Shown: positions 48,629 through 57,741 of the stretch, one piece after another
Numbering within the stretch: the first letter of the stretch is position 1
Layout of the letters: the number at the start of each line of letters is the position of its first letter
NCBI GenBank assembly: GCA_964612745.1
Contig: CAZTCH010000006.1
Coordinates: forward strand, 5,477 to 69,476
DNA: 64,000 nt
Reading direction: 5' to 3'
Source: an uncultured Candidatus Saccharibacteria bacterium
Lineage (GTDB): Bacteria; Patescibacteriota; Doudnabacteria; UBA920
Notes under the pieces: model-generated
What the model was told of the DNA's origin: nothing
Database searches by the model: none
The model's input: the letters and a program-made list of their open reading frames with translations, nothing else
Made by a program: the position numbers and the translations under genes

Positions 48629-49624
48629 ATGAAAATATGTTTTTGTGAGTCAGACGCTTGGACCGAAAGTCGAGTCCGAGCAACCGTGGGTGACCACGTT
48701 CTTGTTTTTAGCGAGTCGGTCGCAGAAAACGCAGATATTCCTACCGACACCGAAGTGTTATCCGTCTTTGTAAATTCGCGCGTAACCGGTGCGGTCATGG
48801 ATCGGTTGCCAAATTTAAAACTTATTGTGACGCGAAGCACCGGTTACGACCATATAGATAACCAAGCTGCTATTGCACGAGGGATTGTAGTGTGTAATGT
48901 TCCCAGCTATGGCGAACGAACAGTTGCCGAGTACACATTCGCATTACTCCTTGCTGTATCCAGACGGCTCTATCCAGCACTACTTCGAGTGCATACAGAG
49001 AGTTCCTTCCACACTGAAGGACTCACTGGATTCGATTTGGCTGGAAAAACGCTTGGTGTAATTGGGACAGGGAGAATAGGTTGTCATGTGATTGAAATGG
49101 CAAAAGGGTTTGCTATGCACGTGGTTGCCTACGATCCATTTCCTCGCGAAGGGTTGGAAGAGCAGATGGGTATGCGCTACGTATCTCTCGAAGAGCTCTT
49201 GAAAACTTCAGACGTCATAACTTTGCACGCGCCGTATATGGCTAGCACGCACCATTTATTGCACAGTGGGAATATGCCCCACATAAAACGTGGTGCGGTA
49301 CTTATTAACACGGCCCGCGGTTCACTCGTCGAAACAACGGCTCTTGTCGCAGCGCTCGATTCCGGACTGCTTGCGGGGGCGGGGCTGGATGTGTTAGAAG
49401 AAGAGCAATTTTTGGGGGCGGAGAGCGCACTCCTTTCAGGAAAATCTGAAACTGCAAAAATGGAAACAGTGTTGGCGGATCATCAGCTGTTACACTATCC
49501 GAATGTGTTGGTTAGTCCACACAATGCTTTCAATACCATAGAAGCACGCGAACGTATTTTGGATACAACAGTACAAAATATTCACGCATTTGTTTCTGGT
49601 GCGGTGCAACATATTGTGCGGTAA
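48629..49624 (+). CDS. D-2-hydroxyacid dehydrogenase (LdhA-like)
   Basis: RSTGYDHID, GTGRIG, INTARG, GLDVLEEE, SPHNAF. Confidence 0.92.
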   Translation: MKICFCESDAWTESRVRATVGDHVLVFSESVAENADIPTDTEVLSVFVNSRVTGAVMDRLPNLKLIVTRSTGYDHIDNQAAIARGIVVCNVPSYGERTVAEYTFALLLAVSRRLYPALLRVHTESSFHTEGLTGFDLAGKTLGVIGTGRIGCHVIEMAKGFAMHVVAYDPFPREGLEEQMGMRYVSLEELLKTSDVITLHAPYMASTHHLLHSGNMPHIKRGAVLINTARGSLVETTALVAALDSGLLAGAGLDVLEEEQFLGAESALLSGKSETAKMETVLADHQLLHYPNVLVSPHNAFNTIEARERILDTTVQNIHAFVSGAVQHIVR

Positions 49625-49711
49625 AACAGATGTGGATATCTCACAAGAGAGTAGTGTATGTGGTATACTAAATATACAAATGTAAATGTGTAACTGAAAT
49701 AAAACAGACAT

Positions 49712-50278
49712 ATGGATCAACAAAATTTTTCTCACCCAATAACGAGTCATCCTCAAGCTCCAAAGGCTTCTAAATTGCCTTGGGTGATTTTGGCAGTTAT
49801 CGTAGTAGCTCTTGCAGTATTTGCTATAGTCTTTAGAGACAAGCTCATGTCGGGTGACGACAAGATGCAAGGCGAAGCAAAAGCCAGTGGGTACCAAGCA
49901 GTATTTTTGACCAACGGCCAAGTATACTTTGGGAAATTGTCCGAAGGGCGCAAGGGTCAATACATGCTCCGCGATATTTTCTACTTACAAGTACAGAACC
50001 CATCTATCCAAGGTTCTCAAGAGCAGTCACAACAGCAAGAGCCAAAATTGTCTCTTATAAAACTTGGTGAAGAGCTGCACGGTCCAGTAGACGAAATGGT
50101 GTTGAACAAAGACCACGTACTCTTCTACGAAGACATGAAGACAGACGCAAAAGTAGTACAAAAGATGTTAGAGTATAAAGCAAACCCAACAGCTGCAAAC
50201 CAACAAGGTGCACAGCAGCAGGGCACGCAGCAAGCTCCAGCAGCTACTCCAGTTCCAAGCGCTACTCCAGCGAACTAG
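49712..50278 (+). CDS. Conserved membrane-anchored hypothetical protein
   Basis: TM segment; YQAVFLTNGQVYFGKL...LIKLGEELHGP. Confidence 0.75.
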   Translation: MDQQNFSHPITSHPQAPKASKLPWVILAVIVVALAVFAIVFRDKLMSGDDKMQGEAKASGYQAVFLTNGQVYFGKLSEGRKGQYMLRDIFYLQVQNPSIQGSQEQSQQQEPKLSLIKLGEELHGPVDEMVLNKDHVLFYEDMKTDAKVVQKMLEYKANPTAANQQGAQQQGTQQAPAATPVPSATPAN

Positions 50279-50326
50279 CTTTCTAGCTTTCTAGCTTTCT
50301 AGCTTTCTAGCTTTCTAGCTTTCTAG
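50275..50326. repeat. Perfect octamer tandem repeat (CTAGCTTT) x6.5
   Basis: Read directly; begins at the stop codon of the upstream gene. Confidence 0.9.
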
Positions 50327-50474
50327 AGAAAAACATACGAGCCGCCGCAAGGCGGCTTTTATGTAGGTAAATGGCATATGTATAAAAACAAAAAACTCCC
50401 GTTAGGGAGTTTTTTTAAACTAAGCACCCGCCTCTTCGGCGGGTCACCGAGGAGGTGACTAAGTACTGACTCAG

Positions 50475-50822
50475 TTATTTTGCCAAAGCTTTTGCGAAAG
50501 CATCAAAGCTTTCTGGGGCTTGTACTGCAAGTTCGGAAAGCATTTTGCGGTTAATCAAAATATTTTCCTTTTTCAAGATGCTTGCAAACTTGCTCCAAGT
50601 GGTACCGTTTTCGCGAAGAGCAGCGTTAGCTCGTTGGAGCCACAATGCACGTTGGTCACGCTTGCGGTTGCGACGGTCGCGGTATGCATAGGTGTCAGCA
50701 TGCAGCAACGCTTCACGGGCAAGGGCAAAGTTGGTAGAGCGACGGTTGTCGAAACCTTTTGCGCGCTTGAGTAGGTTCTTTCTTCGTTTGTTGGCGGCGA
50801 CGCCTCGTTTGATACGTGTCAT
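50475..50822 (-). CDS. rplT: 50S ribosomal protein L20
   Basis: MTRIKRGV...AYRDRRNRKRD.R.LW..R.NAA...INRKMLSELA. Confidence 0.97.
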   Translation of the reverse strand: MTRIKRGVAANKRRKNLLKRAKGFDNRRSTNFALAREALLHADTYAYRDRRNRKRDQRALWLQRANAALRENGTTWSKFASILKKENILINRKMLSELAVQAPESFDAFAKALAK

Positions 50823-50901
50823 AAAAGTAGCTTCTAGCTACTAGGTATTAGGGGCTAGGCTAGGAAATTTCCTAGCAGCTAGCAGCTGTGACCTAGAAGC
50901 T

Positions 50902-51096
50902 CTATTTATAAGGGATTAAACTCTTGAGCTTGTTGTTGGACTCAGACAGAACTTGGTCACGGCGTTTGTTCTTGGTAACCTTGCCAGTTTCGCGAGAGTT
51001 GTAGTGATCTTGCCCCATAGTGCGGTGCATGATTTTTCCGTTTGGAGTTAAGCGAATCCGTTTGGATGCACCTTTGTGAGTTTTAACTTTAGGCAT
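50902..51096 (-). CDS. rpmI: 50S ribosomal protein L35
   Basis: MPKVKTHKGASKR; lies between infC and rplT. Confidence 0.95.
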   Translation of the reverse strand: MPKVKTHKGASKRIRLTPNGKIMHRTMGQDHYNSRETGKVTKNKRRDQVLSESNNKLKSLIPYK

Positions 51097-51205
51097 AAAA
51101 GTAATTGTTCAAAATTATATGTGATTGTTCAGAATTGTCCAGAATTGAAAATCGCCTGAGAATAGTATTGTTCAATTTTGAACAATCTTGGCCAATTATG
51201 GTCAA

Positions 51206-51712
51206 TTATTTGTTTGGAGCAAGAGTCATGGACATAGTGTTACCCATGCGACGCAAGGGGACTTCTATCCGGTGTGGAGTAGTGAGCTTGCCTTGGAAGT
51301 TGCGCATTTGCTTTTCTGGTAAATCCAAGAAAGCTTGTTCTCTTCCACGCATACGCAGCTCTACTTTTACCAGATCACCATCTTGTAAAAATTCATCTGC
51401 TTGCTTTGCTTTTGTTGCTACATCATGGTCAGAAATTCGGACAGATAAGCGAACAGTTTTGACTTCTACTTTCTTAGCTTTCTTCTTTTGCAGTTGTTCC
51501 GCTTTTTGCTGTTGATAGCGGTACTTGGCAAAGTCTATGACTTTTGCCACTGGCGGTTTTGCGTTAGGGGAGACCTCTACTAAGTCGAGGCCGTGCTCCG
51601 CTGCCAGTTTTAAGGCGTCAGAAAGTGTATATAAGCCAATTTGCTCGCCGTCTTCGTTTACTAAGCGAAGCTCTCGAGCTTGAATTTGATGATTTATCCT
51701 GGTTTTTTCCAA
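51206..51712 (-). CDS. infC: Translation initiation factor IF-3 (non-ATG start, exact start uncertain)
   Basis: RINHQI, LDLVEVSPNAKPPVAK, K.VRLS..I.DHD, RGRE. Confidence 0.93.
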   Translation of the reverse strand: MEKTRINHQIQARELRLVNEDGEQIGLYTLSDALKLAAEHGLDLVEVSPNAKPPVAKVIDFAKYRYQQQKAEQLQKKKAKKVEVKTVRLSVRISDHDVATKAKQADEFLQDGDLVKVELRMRGREQAFLDLPEKQMRNFQGKLTTPHRIEVPLRRMGNTMSMTLAPNK

Positions 51713-51842
51713 TGTTTTTGTACTTAAAGTTTCAAAAACTTCGTGGTAATTATACGGTTTTCCTCTGAATCTGTCAAAAAACCTGAAGACCCTCGAATCC
51801 CGCCCTGTTATGGCTCTTTTTCGCCTATTTCCCATATAAACC

Positions 51843-53130
51843 GTTACGAAGGTGACCATGGTAACCGTTACAAGGGTCATCTTCGTAACCAAGTGCGAGA
51901 AGCTATTGCTTTTTTCACTAGTTTTTGGTATAGTATGCATCGTTGCCCATGTGGCAGTACTTTTATATTTTCTAGGGGGATTTAGTAAAGAGAGAGTTTA
52001 GAGTTAGTGCTTGCGTTGTAGAACACAGGAACCTACTACAAAAATTTTGGTAGCAGATTCCTGTGTTCATATGACAAGAGCTTCATCGCGAAGCAACGTG
52101 AATACGGGGTTAGACCGACAATTGGGCATTTTGCCCCCAGTTGAGGACGTGGAGGCCTCACAAAATGAAGTTTCTCAATTTTTCCCTTCGTATTATGTTT
52201 TTGGCCGCGGTCGTTTTGGCAAGCGCTAACGCGCAAACGTTAATCGTTGTGCATGCATCAGGTCAAAAACAAAAGAGCCTTTCGCCAGGCTGTATCGCTA
52301 CAATTTACGATTCCAGTGTGAATGGCGATACTCCTTACATTGCCAGTCAGCTTCCCTTGAAGACTGAGGCTAACGGAATTCGCGTGCTCGTAAATAAAGA
52401 GCCCTCTGCGCTTTTTTATGTCGGGACCAAGGAAAACGGACAAGTTAACCTTTTGGTCCCAACTCGGCCTGAGTGGGCGGATACCTTGGCGCAAATTGAG
52501 TTGCAAAAAATGATCAACGGTCAGTGGCAAACGACAAATTGGAACTATTTTTCTTTGGCTAAATCTGATCTTGGTCTGTTTACAGCTAATGGGGCTGGAG
52601 GCGGCGTTCCATCTGGGGTGTTCTTAAATATCACTCAAAGCAACGATTCCGCGTATTATCCAATGGTTGGCTTTTCATCCAATGGTTCACCGATCCCGAC
52701 TGTGCATGAGTTGTATCCCTCAGGGTTTACCCGTCAGTATGCTGTGCTGTATCTGACCGGAGGTATGTATTTCACAAATCGTGCTTCTGACGTTGCTGTC
52801 AAGATTGGTGGGCGGTCAGACGTTGCCGAGGTTGTGTATATTGGTCCATCGCAGTTCATCGGCGTCCAGCAGGCTAACATCGAATTAAAATCTGGAGCCT
52901 TGGTAAACAACGGCCTTGCACGCGGGCAAGATCTGGTTTTGGAATTTGCGGGATTTGGTGTGTTACGTTTCCGAAATTCTGCCAACGTCTCCGAACCTGT
53001 TCAAAATTAATTACTTTAAACTCTCTTAACCCAAAAAGGCGGTGCGCATTCGTGCTCACCGTCTTTTTGCTTTTTATACCCATGCTGTTACGAAGGTGAC
53101 CATGGTAACCGTTGCAATGGTCACCTTCGT
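51843..53130. repeat. Palindromic direct repeats at 51843-51889 and 53087-53130 flanking one gene
   Basis: Both begin gttacgaaggtgaccatggtaaccgtt (27 bp identical); related hairpin at 29226-29260. Confidence 0.85.
52165..53010 (+). CDS. Exported protein resembling the acidobacterial TIGR03437 C-terminal domain
   Basis: Signal peptide; PG.IATIY, LFYV...QVNLLVP, GLFTANG.G.G, VLYLTG, V.IGG, YIGP..F.GV.Q.NI. Confidence 0.6.
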   Translation: MKFLNFSLRIMFLAAVVLASANAQTLIVVHASGQKQKSLSPGCIATIYDSSVNGDTPYIASQLPLKTEANGIRVLVNKEPSALFYVGTKENGQVNLLVPTRPEWADTLAQIELQKMINGQWQTTNWNYFSLAKSDLGLFTANGAGGGVPSGVFLNITQSNDSAYYPMVGFSSNGSPIPTVHELYPSGFTRQYAVLYLTGGMYFTNRASDVAVKIGGRSDVAEVVYIGPSQFIGVQQANIELKSGALVNNGLARGQDLVLEFAGFGVLRFRNSANVSEPVQN

Positions 53131-54189
53131 GCTACATTCAACATTCTAGTGCAACACTCCATTAAATATCTGATGGGGTGTTTTCCATCCTAGACGTTTC
53201 CGTGGTCTGTTGTTGAGCTTCTTCTGGATAGCTCTGATGGTATTTACGTGTACTGTAGCAAAGTCTGTTCCTTTGGGTAAGTAGTGACGGATTAAACCAT
53301 TAGTATTTTCATTTGTCCCTCGTTCCCAAGAGTGGTAGGGGTTGGCGAAGTAGACAGCCATACCAGTACTGTCTTCAATATCTTTGTGTCCTGCATTTTC
53401 TTTGCCATTGTCCACAGTCAGTGTATGTCGTTTTGTTCTCGGTATCTGTCCAAGTTGCTTTGTTACTGCGTGTGTTGTTTCTTGTTTACTAACTCGTTTG
53501 AGCTTGCTTACCAATACATATCCACTCTTTCGCTCCACTAAGGTATTGAGTCCTGCCAAACTCTTCTTTGAAACCATTGAATCTCCCTCCCAATCACCGA
53601 ATCTACTCCTGCTTTCTACCACAGAAGGCCTTTCTGATATCCGTTTAATCCCGTGTAATTGCCCCCATTCGCTTGGGTAGGGGGCAATCTTTCTTCTCCG
53701 GTATCGGTGTTTTCGTTTGAGATACATTCGAAGGTCGATACCGTGGCAGTCTCCATATCCTCCGCGGTAATATTGTGCGTAGATGAACTGGTAGATTGCT
53801 TCAGGGCTAATGGAGCATCCGAGGTGTTGAGTAGGGAGTGTTCCTGATATCTGCTCAGGGGAGTAATCAGCTTTTAACTTCTCTACCACATATCTGACAA
53901 TGCGAGGATCTTTCAGTCGTGCTCGTGTTCCTCTTTCTGTGATGGTTTTTGTAGCCCTTTCTTGAGCAAGTCTTGGGGTGTATTTCCAAACCAGCGCTGG
54001 GTAGTTCCGTGTAAGTTCTCGGCTAATACTGGAAGGACTCCGTCCGAGCCCAGCAGCTATGCTCCTGATTGATTTCTTCTCCCAGAGACCTGCTTGTATC
54101 TGTTCTCGCTCTGTAATGCTTAATTGTGCGTATTTCTTCATGGGGTAAGTGTACCTGAGGAGTGTTGCACTTACTTGTTGAACTTAGGC
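53131..54189 (-). mobile_element. IS30-family insertion sequence
   Basis: Imperfect terminal IRs (ttcaac.....agtgcaacactcc at 53137-53160 and 54159-54182); GT target duplication at 53129-53130 and 54190-54191. Confidence 0.85.
53146..54141 (-). CDS. IS30-family transposase
   Basis: HTH RSPSSISREL, SPEQIS, GDWEGD, DNGKE, PYHSWERGTNENTNGLIR.YLPKG, LNNRPRKRLGWKTP. Confidence 0.96.
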   Translation of the reverse strand: MKKYAQLSITEREQIQAGLWEKKSIRSIAAGLGRSPSSISRELTRNYPALVWKYTPRLAQERATKTITERGTRARLKDPRIVRYVVEKLKADYSPEQISGTLPTQHLGCSISPEAIYQFIYAQYYRGGYGDCHGIDLRMYLKRKHRYRRRKIAPYPSEWGQLHGIKRISERPSVVESRSRFGDWEGDSMVSKKSLAGLNTLVERKSGYVLVSKLKRVSKQETTHAVTKQLGQIPRTKRHTLTVDNGKENAGHKDIEDSTGMAVYFANPYHSWERGTNENTNGLIRHYLPKGTDFATVHVNTIRAIQKKLNNRPRKRLGWKTPHQIFNGVLH

Positions 54190-54235
54190 GTAACCAGTTT
54201 GACAGGGGAGAGATTTTACAGCATAATAAATATAT

Positions 54236-54632
54236 GGGGATGACGGATTTCGACAGTTCTTTCAGATGTACGTAATATGCAAGACGAGCACGCCTATTGG
54301 TCTCGATAATCCCGTGGGCATCCAACAAATGCAGCAAAAACTGCTTGGTCTAAAGTAGAAGCCGCGTTCAACGCAGCTACTTTGGTACCAGTGTATGCCT
54401 AAACTTTAGGTGTATGCCTAGCACTTGTGACTTCCCGCCACAAGGTTCGCTAGTTCATTAGGGAATATATATTCAGTGGTTGGTTTACCTGCTGAATACG
54501 AACTTTGTAAGCCGACTGTTGTGGCTTGTCGTCAGCTACGATACGCAACAGAACTATTAGCTGACTAATCTTGTGAATAATTGCTACGTCAACAAGTCCT
54601 GGACGGGGGTTTAACTCCCCCCATCTCCACCA
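54236..54632 (+). ncRNA. ssrA: tmRNA; tag peptide AAKTAWSKVEAAFNAATLVPVYA* at 54331-54402
   Basis: 5' GGGGATGACGGATTTCGAC; 3' GGACGGGGGTTTAACTCCCCCCATCTCCACCA with G3:U pair in the acceptor stem; tag ORF ends in YA. Confidence 0.92.
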
Positions 54633-54974
54633 AAAAATAATGCGCCTTTAGGCGCTTTTATTTTTTGGTATAGCGGGGAGTTAAAAATAGCTTGCAAGTT
54701 GCCTTGAATGGCAAGTTGCAAGCGTCTGGGCCCGCCGAAGCGTCATTCGAACCGACCATAGGGAGGCGAGAATAGCGTGAGGTGGGGAACTCCCCCCGTC
54801 TCCATTTTTAATGTAACTATGAAGTTTTGGGAAGGTTTTGATATTTTTGCGACCCAGACAAACTTTTTCATAGTGGGTGAGTAACGCGTAAGCCTTGACT
54901 TATCAAGGCTTTTAATGCATAATAAATATCCAGAATAAGCTGGATAGTATTTTTACAACCGCAGGAGGAATAAC

Positions 54975-55481
54975 GTGGAACCGATTGCCAAGCAAATCGC
55001 CGATCGTCGGCTTGAAATTGCTCAGGCTGATGCGCTCTTAATGCAGGCAGTGTTTCTGATTTTTGCCCTGTGTATTGTCAGTTACATTGTTGCAGTTGCA
55101 ACCAACAAACCTGAGCTACATAAGCTCACACTGGTACTTGTTGTAGCCTTACCGTTCTTCGTGGCACGACAAGAGTACATGATCCATCGCCCCGCGGCGT
55201 GGATCAAAACAGTGCAACACATAACCTCGCCGCCGGATGTTTCGACGGCTAACCAAGGTAGTAGTGTCAAGAACTGGGAAGAGAGGAAAGACTCGCTTCT
55301 CAGTACCAAGACACTGTTACCGCTACTCGATATTCTCGCCGGACTTGCGGCTTTGTACGTTCTGTTCTGTTCAAGTACCGTGCTGTGGGCAACGGATCGA
55401 ACATTCGTCGTCTGGTCAATCGTTGGTCTCGTTGTCAGTATTCTCACCTGCATTGCGGGTGCGAAGCTGTCTGGCAAATAA
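54975..55481 (+). CDS. Hypothetical 4-TM membrane protein
   Basis: AGGAGG SD, GTG start; TTGACT/CATAAT promoter-like sequence upstream. Confidence 0.65.
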   Translation: MEPIAKQIADRRLEIAQADALLMQAVFLIFALCIVSYIVAVATNKPELHKLTLVLVVALPFFVARQEYMIHRPAAWIKTVQHITSPPDVSTANQGSSVKNWEERKDSLLSTKTLLPLLDILAGLAALYVLFCSSTVLWATDRTFVVWSIVGLVVSILTCIAGAKLSGK

Positions 55482-55498
55482 CATCAGGAGTGTAAACC

Positions 55499-55819
55499 AT
55501 GAATAATACCGTCCCGATTGAGTTTCAGTTTCTCTTGGCTGGCCTGGTCTTAAGCACGGTCGCCATGTTCTGCGCCGGAAAACCCCGCAAACGTCCGGGG
55601 GTTGCAAAGGCCCGTTTCGGTCTTGCTTGCGCAACACTTGGAGCAATGTTCTGTCTGCCCGTCATGAAGGCCCTCTACGACGGTTATCAAACGGGTGATC
55701 AACAGAAACAATTTGCTGCGATTTGGCTGGGTACCCGTGTTGGGTTGATTGTCGTCCTGACGAGCGTTATTGCGACTTGGATCTTGTGGAAGTTCGCATT
55801 CCCACCTAAGCAGGAATAA
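55499..55819 (+). CDS. Hypothetical 3-TM membrane protein
   Basis: AGGAG SD; co-oriented with the upstream gene. Confidence 0.6.
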   Translation: MNNTVPIEFQFLLAGLVLSTVAMFCAGKPRKRPGVAKARFGLACATLGAMFCLPVMKALYDGYQTGDQQKQFAAIWLGTRVGLIVVLTSVIATWILWKFAFPPKQE

Positions 55820-56068
55820 GCCAGTCAGTCCCACGCAGTAAATCCCTCACAGCCGTCTTTCTTTCGATCGACGGCTTTCTTTATTGCATAAGTTCTATCT
55901 GCGTATACACTTGTTTACTTACTTGTGCCAGTAAGGTTTGCCAGGCACCCCGACTTTTTCCACCAAAAAAATAATGCGCCCTTAGGCGCTTTTATTTTTA
56001 TAGATGGCTAATTCGCACGAATAAGCCTCGGTCGAGATTGTTTGGGTTTGTGGGTATATACTATATTC

Positions 56069-56599
56069 ATGAATGACCAGTCACAAAAACCAGTGCAGTG
56101 TACGTTGGCTTTTCCATTTCGTGAAGGAAAGATACTGTTGGGCATGGGCACACGTGGGGTTAACAAAAATCGGTGGAATGGTTTTGGGGGAAAGATGGAT
56201 GCGGAAGATGTGAGTCTTACAGACTGTGCAGTACGTGAGTTGGGAGAAGAAGTTGGGCTTACTGCAGACGAGAAAGATTTGCGGTATCATGGCTCCGTCA
56301 CTTTCCACTGGGGCATAGACGTCCCTGGGTTGGGCGTGCAATCTGCAAAGTCAGTGCAGGTGCACATGTTCACGCTGGAGCAGTGGCAGGGTGATCCTGT
56401 TGAAACAGAATCCACTACAACACCAACATGGTTTCCAACTACTGGGTTGCCCTATGCGGACATGGCTCCAGACAATCCGCATTGGTTACCGCTGTTGCTT
56501 GAACGGAAATATTTTGTTGGTGATATTTGGTATTCGACTAGTGGTGGAATAGATAAAGTATTGGTCAGAGAACTCAGCACTCCGCCAGTTTTGGCATAA
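56069..56599 (+). CDS. NUDIX hydrolase, 8-oxo-dGTPase (MTH1-like)
   Basis: WNGFGGK.....S..DCAVRELGEEVG, LPY..M.PD...WLP. Confidence 0.85.
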   Translation: MNDQSQKPVQCTLAFPFREGKILLGMGTRGVNKNRWNGFGGKMDAEDVSLTDCAVRELGEEVGLTADEKDLRYHGSVTFHWGIDVPGLGVQSAKSVQVHMFTLEQWQGDPVETESTTTPTWFPTTGLPYADMAPDNPHWLPLLLERKYFVGDIWYSTSGGIDKVLVRELSTPPVLA

Positions 56600-56728
56600 T
56601 TTTATTTGTTTTTGTATTACAACGGCTAATTCGTGCGAATAAGCCGTTGTAATTTTTTTTGGTTGGGGGAGCCGTGTGCTTGGGAAAAAGAAATACTGAC
56701 TGTTGGTGAGGGCAACAGTCAGTATGTG

Positions 56729-56992
56729 TTATGCGTGTGCTACAGCGCGCCTTAAGAGCTTTCTCGCTTCGGCTACACCTGCCTTGGTCAAACCATACTT
56801 TGGGTGCAGTGGTTTGGTATCTTTCGGTGGAGCACATGGAATGATTAGCTGTTTTGTGCAAAGTTCTTCAAGCCAAGGCCGGGTAATGTATTTTGCAATT
56901 TGCCCATCTGAAGCATCCACTATTTCGAATGCTCTAAGAGAGGTTCTGCTTTTGTAGAGCACAAGTAGTGCTGCGTTGGACGTGGCTAGCAT
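56729..56992 (-). CDS. Small winged-helix-like protein
   Basis: Y.LTKAG...AR C-terminal wing motif; AGGAGG SD. Confidence 0.5.
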   Translation of the reverse strand: MLATSNAALLVLYKSRTSLRAFEIVDASDGQIAKYITRPWLEELCTKQLIIPCAPPKDTKPLHPKYGLTKAGVAEARKLLRRAVAHA

Positions 56993-57061
56993 GGCAGTTT
57001 CCTCCTTTTTGAAAGTGCCTTTTTGAGTGCGTTTGGGTATGAAAAAACCAGCAGTGCTGGT

Positions 57062-57604
57062 TTAGTTTTTGGAATATTTAGGAAATATATTTTCCGCTTG
57101 GTTTGGAATAGCTTTTTGGAAAGTGCCAAAGATTCTATCCATTCCCATAAATACAATGCCATAGTTTGCACGAGCAAAATGGTGTACGTCGTGGTATGTA
57201 ACGAGTCGCCCAAACCATTTGTACTGTTGTAGTTTGCTATGCGGTATGTGGAATTGCATATGCATTAAACTTACCACATATTTTGCGTAGAGAATAGCGC
57301 CGACTGCAACACTTGTCCCCGCTGCCCAACTAATGGTATTGCTCGCCATGAGCAAAAGCAAAATAGTCAGGATAACTGCGCCAATCACGTGCCAGAGTGG
57401 GTCCGCAGCGCTTTTGTACGTCGTGCCGGGGAGTGGGCGCAGGTTTGCGGCGGGGTAGTCTTGCAAGTGGTGCTGCACATGTGGTTTGCGCAGCTTGCTC
57501 CCAAAGATGCCATGGTGGAACACCAACCGGTGCACCCAGTAGCCTATGAATTCTACAAATGGAATGGCTAACAAAAACCAAAGGACAATGCGCAGTAGCT
57601 GCAT
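57062..57604 (-). CDS. Sterol desaturase / fatty acid hydroxylase family protein
   Basis: His boxes YWVHRLVFH, HVQHH, HMQFH, HDVHH; NYG...MDRIFGT. Confidence 0.88.
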   Translation of the reverse strand: MQLLRIVLWFLLAIPFVEFIGYWVHRLVFHHGIFGSKLRKPHVQHHLQDYPAANLRPLPGTTYKSAADPLWHVIGAVILTILLLLMASNTISWAAGTSVAVGAILYAKYVVSLMHMQFHIPHSKLQQYKWFGRLVTYHDVHHFARANYGIVFMGMDRIFGTFQKAIPNQAENIFPKYSKN

Positions 57605-57741
57605 AAGTAGGCGAGGAGTAATAAATCTTTACTTAATAGTAACGTTAGTGGTACACTTGTGCAAGAAGTGGCATGCGCCATTTTTTGTTCGTTATTATGC
57701 TGTTTTTGCGTTTTAGTGTGGGAGGCACAAAAACTCAGAGT

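Larger units (their letters stand above)
54626..55999. mobile_element. Small insert bounded by a ~40-bp direct repeat of the tmRNA 3' end plus terminator
   Basis: tccaccaaaaaa(a)taatgcgcc(t/c)ttaggcgcttttattttt at 54626 and 55959. Confidence 0.6.

Noticed and set aside
51713-51940. N-terminal extension of IF-3
   Set aside because: Runs through a palindromic repeat and promoter-like DNA; IF-3 similarity starts near 51712
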